A stretch of DNA of 64,000 bases from Nemertoderma westbladi (taxonomy: Eukaryota; Animalia; Xenacoelomorpha): assembly GCA_032718475.1 (NCBI GenBank), contig JAUCBJ010007164.1, positions 6,303-70,302 of the forward strand. Reading direction: 5' to 3'. How positions within the stretch are numbered: the stretch's first letter is position 1; every line of letters begins with the position of its first letter. The notes beneath the pieces were generated by a model. It saw only the letters and a program-made list of their open reading frames with translations. It was not told the DNA's origin and searched no databases. The translations under genes were made by a program, and so were the position numbers. Positions 51,595 through 64,000 of the stretch are shown piece by piece.

Positions 51595-52045
51595 TTCACC
51601 CGAGTTATCATCACATTCCCGGCGAGACCCCTCGGTTACAGAAGCTGAGGTGGGTCCAAGATATGGAAATCGTTCTCGGACACCGGGCTCTGAATCTGTA
51701 CCTGGCCCAACCGAAATTCGGAATCGCTATCCGGATCGAAATCGGAAAATTCCGGACAGATTTGGCTCAACACCAGGCGTGGCCACAATACGTACGAAAT
51801 CCCAACCCGGATCTACAGCGCGGCCCCTCACAAGTTATATTCATAAAACTTTTCACACTTTTCTGGTGAACAAGGCTCCACTTAAATGGGAAACTTAGTA
51901 GGCGCGTAGTGTCTCTATCCGAAAAGTATACGAGACGGGTCAAACCCAAACTATGAGTAAAAACTGATAGACCCAGAATTCACATCGGTTTTAGTTCGCA
52001 CTAAGCTCGGTGCTACATATGGGTTGCAACGAGCTCGAAGGGGGG

Positions 52046-52332
52046 TGTCGTATTATGCACAATGACTACGATGTATAAAAGCACATCACGGATATATGGC
52101 TCGCCCCAGAGGATCAACTATCAGACTGCCTGATCTGAACCCTTGGACAGATATCAGTAGTCACTAGTCAGTAGTAACGTACACGGAGTATGCTTATAGA
52201 GCATTCCTCCGCCCACTAATGTACTAAGTGAGTTACCGGTACGTAGGACATAGCATGTAAAGTTACCCGGTATGCATATTTTATTATCGTTGTGTCAATA
52301 TAAATGGAGCAATGAGGATTATAACAACAACA
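52046..52332 (+). repeat. 3' LTR of the Gypsy element
   Basis: TGTCG...CAACA, after a polypurine run; 3' half matches 26439-26585. Confidence 0.88.
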
Positions 52333-52337
52333 TATTA

Positions 52338-52460
52338 ACTAAAAAAAAATAGTTAAAAAAAGTAAAAAATTCGTTAAAAAAGTAAAAATTCGTTAAAAAA
52401 AAGTAAAAATTTGTTAAAAAAAAAGTAAACAATTAGTTAAAAAAGTAAAAATTTCGTTAA
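52338..52460. repeat. Short A-rich tandem repeat (GTTAAAAAAGTAAAAATTC-like)
   Basis: About 5 degenerate units. Confidence 0.7.
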
Positions 52461-54009
52461 CCCTCCCCCGGTAACGTGGGGTAAAATAATACCCCACCCC
52501 AAGCGGATAAATTTTGATAGTTTTCGACAATCTCTTATTACAGTATTATCTGATTATGTATGTCCAGCTTCATAGTACTGTAGTATCTTCCAAAAAAAAC
52601 TTGTAATCTACCGATTGTGTGGGTCAAACCCATAAAATGTTGTTTATTGAAAAATGTTATGGCCCTTTAATTTGAAAACAACTTAGTTATAGGTACAAGC
52701 GACAAGATGGGGTATAAAAATACCCCATTTGTTGCTGTATTTGGTATTGAATAAATGTTATGGTGATCGTTTAGTGGTGCTTTGTGACTCATTTTGGTTT
52801 CATTCGAACCACAATGGTCGATTTAGTTGTACTAGACACTAGACAGCTAGAGGCTGAGAGGTAATGCTCGATCGGAGCTCCGGCTCCGGCCATTTTGGCA
52901 CCTCCGGCTCCGGTAAAAATATTGCCGGAGTTAATTTTTTAATAAAGTATTATATTTCGTGCATATTCTAATCTGAACAATTATTTACACTATAAGTACT
53001 GTCAGACTGTAGTACAGCTTCAATATCAAGCATAATACTGCAGTATTTACTTAAAGTCAATGACTGACTGACTGTACTGCAGTAGGCCTACTGGCAGACT
53101 GGTACTGGCCTGCTGGCTGACTGGCCAGCTGGCTGACTATTTACAGGTAGGCCCTACTGTAAAAAAATTGTAAATGCTATGATTGTACACTGTACCACTG
53201 CAGCCATTTACTGCTGTCATGCAGTCATGCCAGCATACTGTATGTACTGCAGTACTGGCAGACTGGTACACGTACTGACGTACGGTAGGCTACCTACAGT
53301 ACACTACACACCTCAACCACAGTCTGAGAAGTTAGTGAGTTAGGTACTGTAGGTAATTTTTAGCCGTCAGCGTCAGGCCGTCTGTCCGTGATAAATCAGT
53401 CGGTGAGAAGTCAAAAATTGGACTTGAGTCCAAAATTGGACTTCGACTCCAGTTCAAGTCCTTTTAACTAATTTTCTGAAAATTTGTGAAAGAAAGTCAG
53501 ATTAATTAATTAACTCAATTTTAAAAATATTAGTGAGAAAAAGAGCCTTTTTCAAAGAAATATTTTTTTAATATTAACAATTTTGATGTTGCATTCTTGC
53601 ATTTACATTTATTATGTAGATTCAAGGTACCGGTAAGCTTTGAAACACTCAAACTTCAGAACTTGTAAAATAGGAATGCAAAATTGTTCTTATGAGCTGC
53701 GCGATTTTTTGAGATATGCATGACATATAATACTGTAATAGGCCTACTAAGACTAACATGAGCTGCTCGATTGTGTATGGATTATGATGTGGTGGGGGAC
53801 ATCGACCGTTTTTTTAAATTTTTTGTTTATTTTACTCAGATCAGCAGATGACTGACTAATAGTACGTCAAATATAGTTTCAGAAATTTTTGGGGAATTAT
53901 TTATTGTCCGGTCTGCCGGTTGTAGAACTGAGTCAGAAACCGGTGTATTTTTGCAATGTTTTTTTCCAATGCGATAGATTACCGAAAATTGCATACACTG
54001 TTTTGTACA

Positions 54010-54658
54010 ATGACCAGTCAACAATCTAGTTAAAAATTGGGTGTCAAATATTCGTGATATTTTATACACTATTGGTTATAATAACTATGTGTGGGATCAG
54101 CAATCAGTTGATGTGCTGGCAAGACATTTTATTTCGAAAATCAAATTGCGGCTACAGGACCAATACAAACAGTTGTGGTGGAGTGAAATTGGTAATAGCT
54201 CGAAGGGTAACCTTTATTTTGTTTCACATTTTGGTGCAATACCATACCTTGATACATTACCTTTACAATCACATAATACTGCGCAAACGCATCTCACAGA
54301 TTCGGTGTTCATCTCATCAGTTAGACTGTTAGAAGTTGAGCGTCGTCGTTGGTACAATGTAGAATGCTCCAACCGATTTTGTCAAATGTGCAATAACAAT
54401 AGTATAGAAGATGAGTTTCATTTCCTTTTAGAATGCAGTGCTTATGGCAGTATGGCTTACTCAGAGTTGAGAGTAAAGTATCTTGGAAATTACTTCTCAA
54501 GGTACCCCACCAAATTAAAATTATCCCAATTATATGCATGTTTATATAAAGACTCTGCTAAAAAAATGGTGAATCTAGGCTTATTTATAATTTATGCTTT
54601 TTTGAGAAGAAACACTTTATTAATTAATTACGTGCTCATTATAAATTTCAATTTCTAA
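54010..54658 (+). pseudogene. 3' fragment of a LINE (CR1/L2-group) ORF2
   Basis: KLRLQDQYKQLW, LEVERRRW..RFCQMC...IEDEFHFLLECSAY..LRVKYL; related to the fragment at 24390-25060. Confidence 0.8.
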
Positions 54659-55189
54659 ATAATCGATATTATTACTATAATAATGGTTGAACGGTTTATT
54701 GTTTATATTTGCTCTGCTGGGCCATGCAGCCATTCTGTTATATTATAATCCGGTACGGTAATTGTATTTAATAATGTATAAATTCATGTCTAGTCTAATT
54801 TAAGTACTGTATAGTGTATACTGTCAGACTGTAGTTGTGCAATTTTAAGTAGACCCTTAATTGGGTAGGTACAGTTAATTGATTAAATATACTACTACTA
54901 TTAATGTTAATTACATTGCAATATAATTAAGGATCAAAGCAATATACACTTTTATTGACTCTTACATCTTACAACCGTAACGTCTAAATGTAAATATAAA
55001 TTAAAATATGAATTACCGGTAATATTAAATTATTAGCCTACTGTATTTATGCCTAAACTGCTAAATTATCAGATTATATTTATATATTTGGTTTATGTTG
55101 GTTGACCTGCTCCTATACCGGCAGAGCGGCTATGATACTCTCGTAAAATGTTAAATTGAATTAGTGAAGAACTGACTTTCGGCGTCACA

Positions 55190-56381
55190 ATGAACGTTGA
55201 TTCAAACTCCGTCCGCCGTAGAGAACTATCATCATCTTCCTACCCAGGGGAGAACCACTCTGTTGCCTCAATGCCACCTGTTGCCGCTGCGACACGCCCA
55301 GACTACTACCGCCACAACGGTGGCGCCACAATGAGTCTCAGTAACTATGACTCGGCGGCTGTTGTTAACGACTCCACTTTGCAGCGCGCCTCCTACTCCA
55401 TGTCCAACTCTCGCGGTGTCGGTATGGACGAGCGACCGATCTATCTGAACCGCGATCAATCCAATGCAAGTAGCCACTCGGGTGGCAAATTAATCCCATT
55501 GAGAATTCTACTACTGGACGGCACTGCGCCGGTGTTCGATCTGCCCGCGAAATCGACCGGACGCGCGATTCTCGAAACAGTCTTCGACCACCTCGACCTC
55601 GTAGAAGCAGATTACTTCGGGCTGCAATACGCTGCCGATTACTCCGGAAGTATCTATTGGCTCGACCCCGATAAAATAATCTCGAAACAAGTAAAGAACC
55701 CGTCGAGTATTCTATTCCGTTTCGCCGTCAAGTTTTACATCCCGGATCCGGGGCAACTCCACGACGACTTTACTAAATATATATTCGCGTTACAAATTAA
55801 ACGCGACTTGTCCGTCGGTCTGCTGCCCTGCGGGGAGTCAACCGCGGCCCTGATGGCCAGCTTTATCGTACAAGCCGCAATCGGGGACTACAACGACAAT
55901 CTCCACAGCTACATCTACCTCGCCCACTTCAAGTTCATCCCGGAGCAGACGGAGGAGTTCCTTAAGCGCGTGGTTGAGTACCACAAGGAGCACGTTGGTC
56001 AATCGAGTGAGGACGCGGATTACAATCTGCTTGACATCGCGCGGCGGTTAGAGATGTACGGGTTGCGTCTCCATCCCGTGCAGGATTACGATGGGGTGCT
56101 CCTCCACGTGGCAATCAACCACAGTGGCATCATCGTCTTCCAACTGCACCAACGCATAAACCACTTCAACTGGGCGAAGATCCGTAAACTTACGTTTAAA
56201 AAGCGATACTTTGTTGTAAAGCTGCACGCTGAAACCTCTGGTTACTATAAGAACCGGGTTCTGTTCCTCATGTCTTCTCGGAACGCATGCAAACAGTTCT
56301 GGAAGGATTGTGTGGAACATCACGCATTCTTTCGACTCACTAGAAGTCTTCCTCAACGTAAAAGAAATGTCTTTGCTAAAG
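55190..56381 (+). CDS. FARP1/2: FARP1/2 (Cdep)-like FERM-domain protein, first coding exon
   Basis: FERM motifs DYFGLQY, WLDPDK, VKFY-PDP, IARRLEMYGLRLHP, FNWAKIRKL, FWKDCVEHHAFFRL; donor G|GTAAGT at 56381/56382. The downstream RhoGEF domain is not in the window. Confidence 0.88.
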
Positions 56382-56975
56382 GTAAGTGAATATCGTTGAC
56401 TTAACTGACTTTATTGTTTGATATACATTTAATGTTTGTTTCATATATATATATACGGTAGGCCTACTGGTAAGTATTTCTGTATTTCATACACTAATGC
56501 CATTAATTTCAATTTTCCAACATTAACATTATACCTACTAATTTATCTGCGCAGGGTGATGTATTGTGTAGACAGTGACGTATTGCGCGGCTTAGTCTTA
56601 ACTGCGTTTAAAAATGTCTTTGTCTCTATTTTTCGTCGCCATTTAAAAAAATTTGTTTTTATTGTCTCAGATATTTAAAATGTAGTTAAAATTTAACTTA
56701 CTAGTTCTGTGTTTTAGATTTCGGCCTACGGCCTCAGTAGTTGTACAGATTTATTTGCTTCAGGTAGGGCTATTATATCCGTATTCCGTTCTCTAACAGA
56801 CAATATTTAGAGTATAATGTAGTACCGGTACAATACAATATAGTATAAAATAGTGCATTAGAATTCTATCAATATACCGGTACAGGGGTTGATATACGGG
56901 GGTTATGCTGACACCTACAATACGTAACGTCCCTGCAGGTGAAATGCAAGGTATACCAGTATTGGTCTATTGTAT

Positions 56976-59383
56976 CAAGGACTTCTAGAACATAGTATAC
57001 ATTCAGGACGCGATGCTCGCATACAGTGTTAATTTTTTTAGAGGCCGGTATTCATTATCTTAGTTTCTTAGTTTATAGATATAGTGTAGCTAAATAAAAG
57101 AAATGCAGTTGCAATACTACACTATTGGCGAAAATTATACTACAATACTATTACAAAAATTACTAATACAAAAACTAGCTATAGTAGCAAAAATTCGTTT
57201 ATGGGTACACACACATACAACAATAGTATCGCCTATTACATAGTAAACAGAAACTCAGTGGAAATTTCTCGCAAATTTAACAATCAAATAGTTTAGGACG
57301 CCTTGGTTTTAATCTTAACTTTTTATTCTAGAACTTGTTTCATCAAGTTAAAAGATCATGTACATACTAGCTACTGTTGTAGTTGGGCACTACTATGTTA
57401 TGGGTACCCACTTTTTGACCATTTATTTGACAATGTTAATGGAATTATCTTGAGGTTTTTTGTCTTAGAATATTAATGTCATCTTCTGTTAGACGTTAGC
57501 TATTGTTTTTTTTATGGTAGCTAGTGATTTATTTTAGGTAGCTACTGTTTTTAAAATTACAAAACCAAATTTTTGGTACCTAATTTTTGATCAATTTTAC
57601 CATGTTATTTTATATTATCATGATGTTTTTCGTTCTAGAACATAAATTTCACCTTCTGAGAGAGGTAACCTATTATTTTTTATTAAGGTAGCTAGTGTTT
57701 TTAAAGGTAGCTAGTGATCTTAAAATTACAAAATAATATTTTGGACCATGTTAATGGATATTATCAAGATGGTTTTTTGTTCTAGAACATAAATTTTTCA
57801 CCTTCTGAGAGAGGTTAGCTATTATTTTTGATCTATATTTATGATCTATAAGTAGCATTAGGTGAGTAGATCTCTCATAATTTATTAGTCAATTAGTTCG
57901 AACATACAGTACATGATAAAAATATAACAGACATCTCTGCAAATCATCACATTAGGGATGCCACGCAATTGCTCTGTGGCAGGCTGTAAAGGAAATTATG
58001 TCTCGCAAGAAGAGAAGGTAACAGTTTACCTGTTCCCAAAAAAACTTAATAGACCAACATCATTGGTTGGAGAATATACCAAATATGTAGAATAGAGAAA
58101 GTAACGGCAAATATTGGAGTGTGTGCGCGACATTTGGCCAGAAAACACCGAGATGATCAAGATAAAAAGGTATGAACGACCGCTGGAGGCTCCATCAGTA
58201 TTCGGAACTGATATAAACAACAGACAAACTTCATCATCAAGAGGAGTTATTGACTTCGTCCTTGAAAATGAAGAATACAGCATTAGTGAGACAGAGAAAA
58301 GCGCTTTGATGTACAGTACACATGCGGCTATGTGACCTTCAAGGGACAACTGCCCATTGATGTCTCAGAGAGATTGTTCACAACTTCCAGAGTGTGACTT
58401 CACGAACATGGTCTCTAGAGGGAAGCTTTCAATTCCACGTGCAGACATATTTCATCTATCCTGTGCTTCTCTGTCACTTACCAAACGGCGCTTTATTGGA
58501 TGTACAACCAGGATGAGGCTATATCATATATGATAATACCGTGGTCGATAGTGCTATTGATGGTAGGAAGGCAGGTATTATCCACAGACTGCAATATACT
58601 GATGAAGGGACTCTCCAAGTTCTACAGCAATAAAGCGGCTAATGACAGATGTAGAGACTAACAATAGAAAGAAGAGTAAACTGAATAGCCAATTGGGCTG
58701 CAATAACATAAATTAGACAGAGACTCTGTTGAATAAGAGCTTACTGTAAGCTAAATGTGTTATCGAAAATGAACACTTATTCTGAATAAAAATTAAGTAA
58801 AAAAGTAAAGTTTTTCAGCCGTTAGGTCGGGAATACATTACGCATAAAGTTCTTTGACTTATTCTCAGTAAATAAACAGTCAATTTCCAGTAAACAATAA
58901 TAAGTCTAACAAGTCTAACTGTAATGCTATACTTAGGTTTATATAAGCTTCTTATACTTATGTTATACTTATAAACGTATAAAAACTGCCTCCGTACAGA
59001 TTATACGAAATATTGTGGCTCGTACAGTATATTTTATTAGGAGTTCGGTTTCAGTGGTAGATACAATCAGGTATTTCACACAACTTATTTCAAAGGTTAT
59101 TTCGAATATCTTTCAACAGTTAGTTATTTTATACTAATAAATTATCGCTAGCAAATTGTCGTAAAATATTTACATTAAAAGAAAGTACATTAGGTTGTTA
59201 GCAATACAAATTAAAAACATTAAAAACGTTCGCATTAAAAACAATGAAAGGAAATTGAGAAGTTTACTTCTGTAAATTAAAGTAATTAGGCATACACTGA
59301 ATAGAAAAAACCGGCCTCTAATAAAATTAACACTGTATGCGAGCATCGCGTTCTGAATATATACTATGTTCTAGAAGTCCTTG
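56976..59383 (+). mobile_element. P-superfamily DNA transposon derivative in the FARP intron
   Basis: ~75-bp TIRs CAAGGACTTCTAGAACATAGT...; 7-bp TSD ATTGTAT (56969-56975, 59384-59390); internal THAP remnant. Confidence 0.85.
57958..58210 (+). pseudogene. THAP zinc-finger remnant of a transposase
   Basis: MPRNCSVAGCKGNY..VYLFPK, then WLENIP and GVC..HW across frameshifts. Confidence 0.72.
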
Positions 59384-59520
59384 ATTGTATGTACCGGACA
59401 CCGGTATTAATTTACTATCAGATTTGCCTTAGTGCCTTACAGTTGTTTTGTTATTCTGTAAACGGGGCAGGTGGTTGAGCGCCGGGCCTGCAATCTAATG
59501 GTTGTATCTAATAGTAATTG

Positions 59521-59890
59521 TATTACCAAATGCTTCGTTTCGTTGACCATTTTTTCGTTTCGTTATTACCAAATGCTTCGTTTCGTTTACCATTTTTTCG
59601 TTTCGTTATTACCAAATGCTTCGTTTCGTTGACCATTTTTTCGTTTCGTTATTACCAAATGCTTCGTTTCGTTGACCATTTTTTCGTTTCGTTATTACCA
59701 AATGCTTCGTTTCGTTGACCTTTTTTTCGTTTCGTTATTACCAAATGCTTCGTTTCGTTGACCTTTTTTTCGTTTCGTTATTACCAAATGCTTCGTTTCG
59801 TTGACCTTTTTTTCGTTTCGTTATTACCAAATGCTTCGTTTCGTTGACCTTTTTTTCGTTTCGTTATTACCAAATGCTTCGTTTCGTTAT
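59521..59890. repeat. 43-44-bp tandem repeat (TATTACCAAATGCTTCGTTTCGTTGACCATTTTTTCGTTTCGT)n
   Basis: About 8.5 units read directly. Confidence 0.95.
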
Positions 59891-59984
59891 GCCACCCCCC
59901 TGCGCCTGCATGGAATAAACATCTAAGTAATAAAGTTATGAAAATGAGCCTATTGACTATCTACCTAACTACAGTATCAGTTAA

Positions 59985-61850
59985 CAGTGGCGGATTTAGG
60001 GGGGGGGGGGGGGGCTTTGGGCTATGCCCCCCCCCCCCCCCCATTTTTTTGAAAAAATGTTGAAAGGGCCGTAATTTAATTTCAATAATGATATCAGATT
60101 AATTTCGCCTACTTTGCCTTTCCAGCAAAGCAAAATATTTTAGTTACATTAGATAGGATTCATATTATCCCAGCCCAGGCATATGGGTGGCCAAGGAAAG
60201 ATAATAAAGACTCCATCTAAATGTTGTATCCCTCAGCCACATCACCAATAATGCCCCCCCCCCCCCCCCCCCCATCTCTACCATAGTAGTCTGTAAAATA
60301 TGGCCTTGTAATTTGAACGTAATGAAAGGAAGGGGGGCCTAATTGACCTAGCAGGAGGGTGCGGCGCAAGTCCGTATGGTGACCATTATATCGGGGGAGG
60401 GGGGGGGGGGGGGGCAGAGGCCAAATCTTGGGGGGCAAACCCATAACTGGGTTTAGGGGGCATTCAGCAAAGTGAGAGTTAATTTAGTACATAAAGTAAA
60501 ATCAATATTGTTGAAGAGTGTTTGGGACGAGCCACGAAGTTGACGGACCCTTGGAGAACTAACACTCTGTTAAGTGAGTGGGTCAATAATAGCAAATAGT
60601 TGTCGTTGCGATTTTGAAATGCCAATAACATTGTCGGATTTAATTAAACCTGTCGAGTTTAAAATTTGTAAGCATAAATATATGTCCAAAAGTTAAGGTT
60701 AAAATTACAAAAAATAAAATTTTAGATATGTATACGAGCGCAAGCAACCATCAGCGCCTAGCCTTTTACTACTGTATTAGCTGCAAGCTGGCTCCCAAAC
60801 TACAGTCAATAGGTCAACAGCTAACCAACAACTCCTGCCATGGTAGCCAATGAGAGAACCTGTCGCTTTTGTGTATTTTTAGTAATTTTGTTGAGCTTCA
60901 ATCTGATAGGCTTTAGAGTAAAGTGCAATTGAATAGCAACATAGAACAAATACATAACGGTAAACCATACAATGTAATTCGGCACAGGCTCTGGCAATGC
61001 CAGTGGCATTATAATTGGACCAAATGGAATGGTCAGGTCAGTTGGTAGAAGTATTATGTGAATCCACTAATATTGATCACCATTCACCAACGATATTATT
61101 ATTAATTAATGTGAACAAGACGAGAGAACAAGACATAACTGGGGGGGGGGGGGGGGGGGGGGGGGGTAGTGGGTCTTGTCTGGGGGGGCAGTGCCCCTGA
61201 AGCCCCCCCCCCCCCCCCCCCCCCCCCCCCCGTACGATACGGGCCTGGCGGCGCCTCACTGTCGCTGTTATTCAGCACTGTGGGTACAGTGTACGTAAGT
61301 ACAATTGGGAACAGTTTTGACTCCATCTGTGTTCAAGCAGTCTGACACTGGTCAATACCAATGTAATATAAGATAGTTACGTTGCTCAATGTATTAATAT
61401 AGTGATGTAATCCCCCAAGGCCAATACGTGGTTTGATTGGACAGAGCTTGTTTAAGTAGCTGGTAGATAGATGGTCAACTTCTACTTAGATTTGTTTACC
61501 AGTAAGATTTGTAATATTTTACTTAAGATTGTTTACCAGTAATATGTGTAATATCCTTTATACTTATAAAATAAATATCTCCTGTACTGATTATAAATTG
61601 AATGAGATAGATTAATATAAAAAACTACTGTAGACGCCTAATATTTTTATTGAAAATATGGCGGTGCCGGTGGGGTTTATGTTTTTCCTTTTAATTGCGT
61701 TATATTTACAATTTAGATTTTTTTTTCCTGGGGGGGGGGGGGGGGGGGGGGGTTAACATTATGCTGGCTGTAAGAGGATTTGTGTATGGTATTTATAAAA
61801 TGCCCCCCCCCCCCCCCCCCCCCCTCCATAAATTCCTAGATCCGCAACTG
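59985..61850. mobile_element. Composite of MITE-like remnants with G/C runs
   Basis: CAGTGGCGGATTTAGG ... CCTAGATCCGCAACTG imperfect termini; no TSD found. Confidence 0.4.
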
Positions 61851-63161
61851 CCTCTGTCTGTTAATACGAACAATAGTGTCTGTGTCCTATGGCTAGCACC
61901 GTTACAGGACAATTGCCCCCCAATTTCACATTTGCACCAAACAATAAATTAGCAAAATAAATGAAGTCGTTCCTAACTCGTAATAGTCTTCCTAACTTGT
62001 TACAACATTAAACAATAATTATATATAGCTAAGTCCGTGTTTGTTATATTTAACAAAACATCCATGTTTACTTATTTATGTGCTCAATAATTTCGATATT
62101 TTCCAACTGAAGTATTTCATTACAATAAGAATAAAATGTTAATGCCCTGAATCCACGAAATTACGTCACAAAAAAGCTATAGCTAGCATAAAGTAAATCA
62201 AATAGTCCTAGAAAAAAAAATCGTGCATAATTTGTAAAACACATAAAAAAATTAAAAGTTTGAAGTGTTGATATTATTACTTGAATATCATAAAACCATA
62301 AAGGAAGACATTCAAAGGATTTCAAGATTTAAAAATATATTCCTTAAATTTAATATCGGGGGGCAATAAATTGTCCGGGGAGCAATTGTCCTAGTTCCGG
62401 CTAGTACACTACGTAATCGGATTGGCTGTCTCCGATTGTATTGTATATACTGTATGATATATTATGCCATCGAGGGAGGGATACTTTGAAGTTTGAATGA
62501 ACCATATTTTGGCGAAGAATAATAATTTTCCCGATTTGGACACTTTAATCCATCAATATGCGTATAGATCTTTTCTGTAAAATTGAAAATTAATCATTTA
62601 ACTGAGTTCTACTTTGAACAATAACTTGAAATTTAACTATCATGGGTTAAATAGGTAGTGTCAGAGTGGATACAGTAACAATATCTGAGCAGGTTCAATC
62701 AAATCCGAGTAACAGCTGTAGACAATTCGCACTGTTGTGTCTAGGAGTTAATGCTTTTTTACTCAATCTCAGCGGTGCATTGGTTTCTGGTGGTAACATC
62801 CTTTTCTGGTGGGGAAAAAGGTATGTCTTTGTATAGTTATGGAGTAATCACCCTATGTATTGCACCCTACACTCCTTACAGGTAAACTATAACAGCTAAA
62901 CCTAATTAATCATAAACCTAATTAATCTGATTACCTCATAAACCTAATTAATTGCCTTATAGCTCATTTACACTCTTCCGGCAAACATTTTGGGATCTCA
63001 TGGAAAAAAGCGTTGTAATAACTAATAAAGGCCCAATTTTTGGATATTGTGATATCATAAACCTAATTCACAATAATTATGTATTAATTTGTTGTTGGTA
63101 GAAATCCCTATCGCTATCAATTAGTTACCGTACGGACTTATAAGTTGTTTTTTGTTTTTAG

Positions 63162-64000
63162 GTTCATCATTTCGGTACAGCGGCCGCACACAGAAGGAGG
63201 TTGTTGAGTTGGTTCGGGAGATGGACCTCCACCAGTCCAACCAGACGGCCCCGGTGGAAAGCAGGTCGCTACCGAGACAGGAGGGACGGGAGTTCCTGGA
63301 GGGAGGCTCGTTATACCGCGGGGGTGGGGAGGAGCGGTTCAACGGAGTGGGCAGCACGGGAAGTTATCAGAGCCATCCAGTGGGGGCCCACCACGGGGGT
63401 CAGCAGGTGGGGGCGTACCAAGGGGGTCAGCAGGTTGGGGCTTACCAAGGGGGTCAGCAGGTGGGGGCGTACCAGGGGGGTCAGAATGAGGAAATGTTCA
63501 TCCACTCAACGGGCGCGTACAACACCGTCCCGAGCGGGTCCATAGCGGGTGGATCGATGGTTGGTGGCTCTGTTGCTGGTGGGTCTATGGTAGGCGGGTC
63601 TGTCGCTGGGTCCACCCGCTCACTGACCCACGGATGGGTCGCCAACCAACCCACCTATCCCCACGACGAACTCCGCTCCTTGCCGCCCCCGTTGCCGCCA
63701 CATCCCTACCGTCTCGATGCCCCGTACGACAGCTCCGAGCAGCATCTCTACGTAAACTTCCCGCTCACCGAGGAAACTCGTCGGGAGCTGGCCAACTCGT
63801 CGCGCTCGGCCACGCCTACCCCGCCCCCCGTCGGGGCCGCGCGCCTGCGACCCAGCTCCCTGGGCTACCGGTCCCAGGAGGCCATCGATAGCGATCAGCA
63901 GCTGCGGGATCAGTACGGGGCCCTGCGAGACGACGGGGGCAGTCAGGAGAGCGTTGCCATAACGACGCCGACGCTTAGCGACCCACCCGGGGGAGGTCCT
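63162..64000 (+). CDS. FARP1/2: FARP-like gene, next exon (FERM-adjacent domain plus low-complexity linker), open to the window end
   Basis: Acceptor TTTTTAG|G; phase-1 join gives KG-SSFRYSGRTQKEVVE, the FERM-adjacent motif; frame stays open. Confidence 0.88.

Larger units (their letters stand above)
26439..52332 (+). mobile_element. Ty3/Gypsy (Mag-like) LTR retrotransposon, disrupted by two nested insertions
   Basis: 5' LTR remnant 26439-26585 matches the 3' half of the 3' LTR 52046-52332; PBS at 26588; PPT GAAGGGGGG before 52046; gag/PR/RT/RH/IN pieces are collinear once the insertions are removed. Confidence 0.9.

Noticed and set aside
60000-61830. Poly-G/poly-C runs and Gly/Pro-rich ORFs
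   Set aside because: Low-complexity MITE remnants within an intron; the ORFs are compositional artefacts
63201-63891. Listed ORFs 63201-63545 and 63634-63891
   Set aside because: Alternative frames overlapping the true FARP exon frame, which starts at 63162 and runs off the window

Overview
This is a eukaryotic (probably invertebrate animal), AT-rich window dominated by transposable elements. There are two host genes: an intronless PhyH-type 2OG-Fe(II) dioxygenase (1255-2352) and the first coding exons of a FARP1/2-like FERM gene (55190-56381, 63162->end). Between them lie (i) an 18.6-kb BEL/Pao LTR retrotransposon (5124-23685, 1200-bp LTRs, GGTCC TSD) and (ii) a Ty3/Gypsy element (26439-52332). 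The Gypsy element is interrupted by a 9.8-kb non-coding foldback palindrome and by a second, internally deleted member of the same BEL/Pao family (39214-50358, GCGCA TSD). A P-superfamily THAP element sits in the FARP intron. The most notable system is the BEL/Pao family. It has no tRNA-type TGG primer-binding site. Instead, the 11-12 nt just after the 5' LTR are exactly complementary to a segment inside its own LTR, with compensatory changes between the two copies, which suggests Tf1-like self-priming. In the env position it carries a ~1400-codon accessory gene with a DEDDy 3'-5' exonuclease domain and CCHC knuckles, preceded by a conserved RNA-like structure. All alignments were made by eye; no database searches were run.
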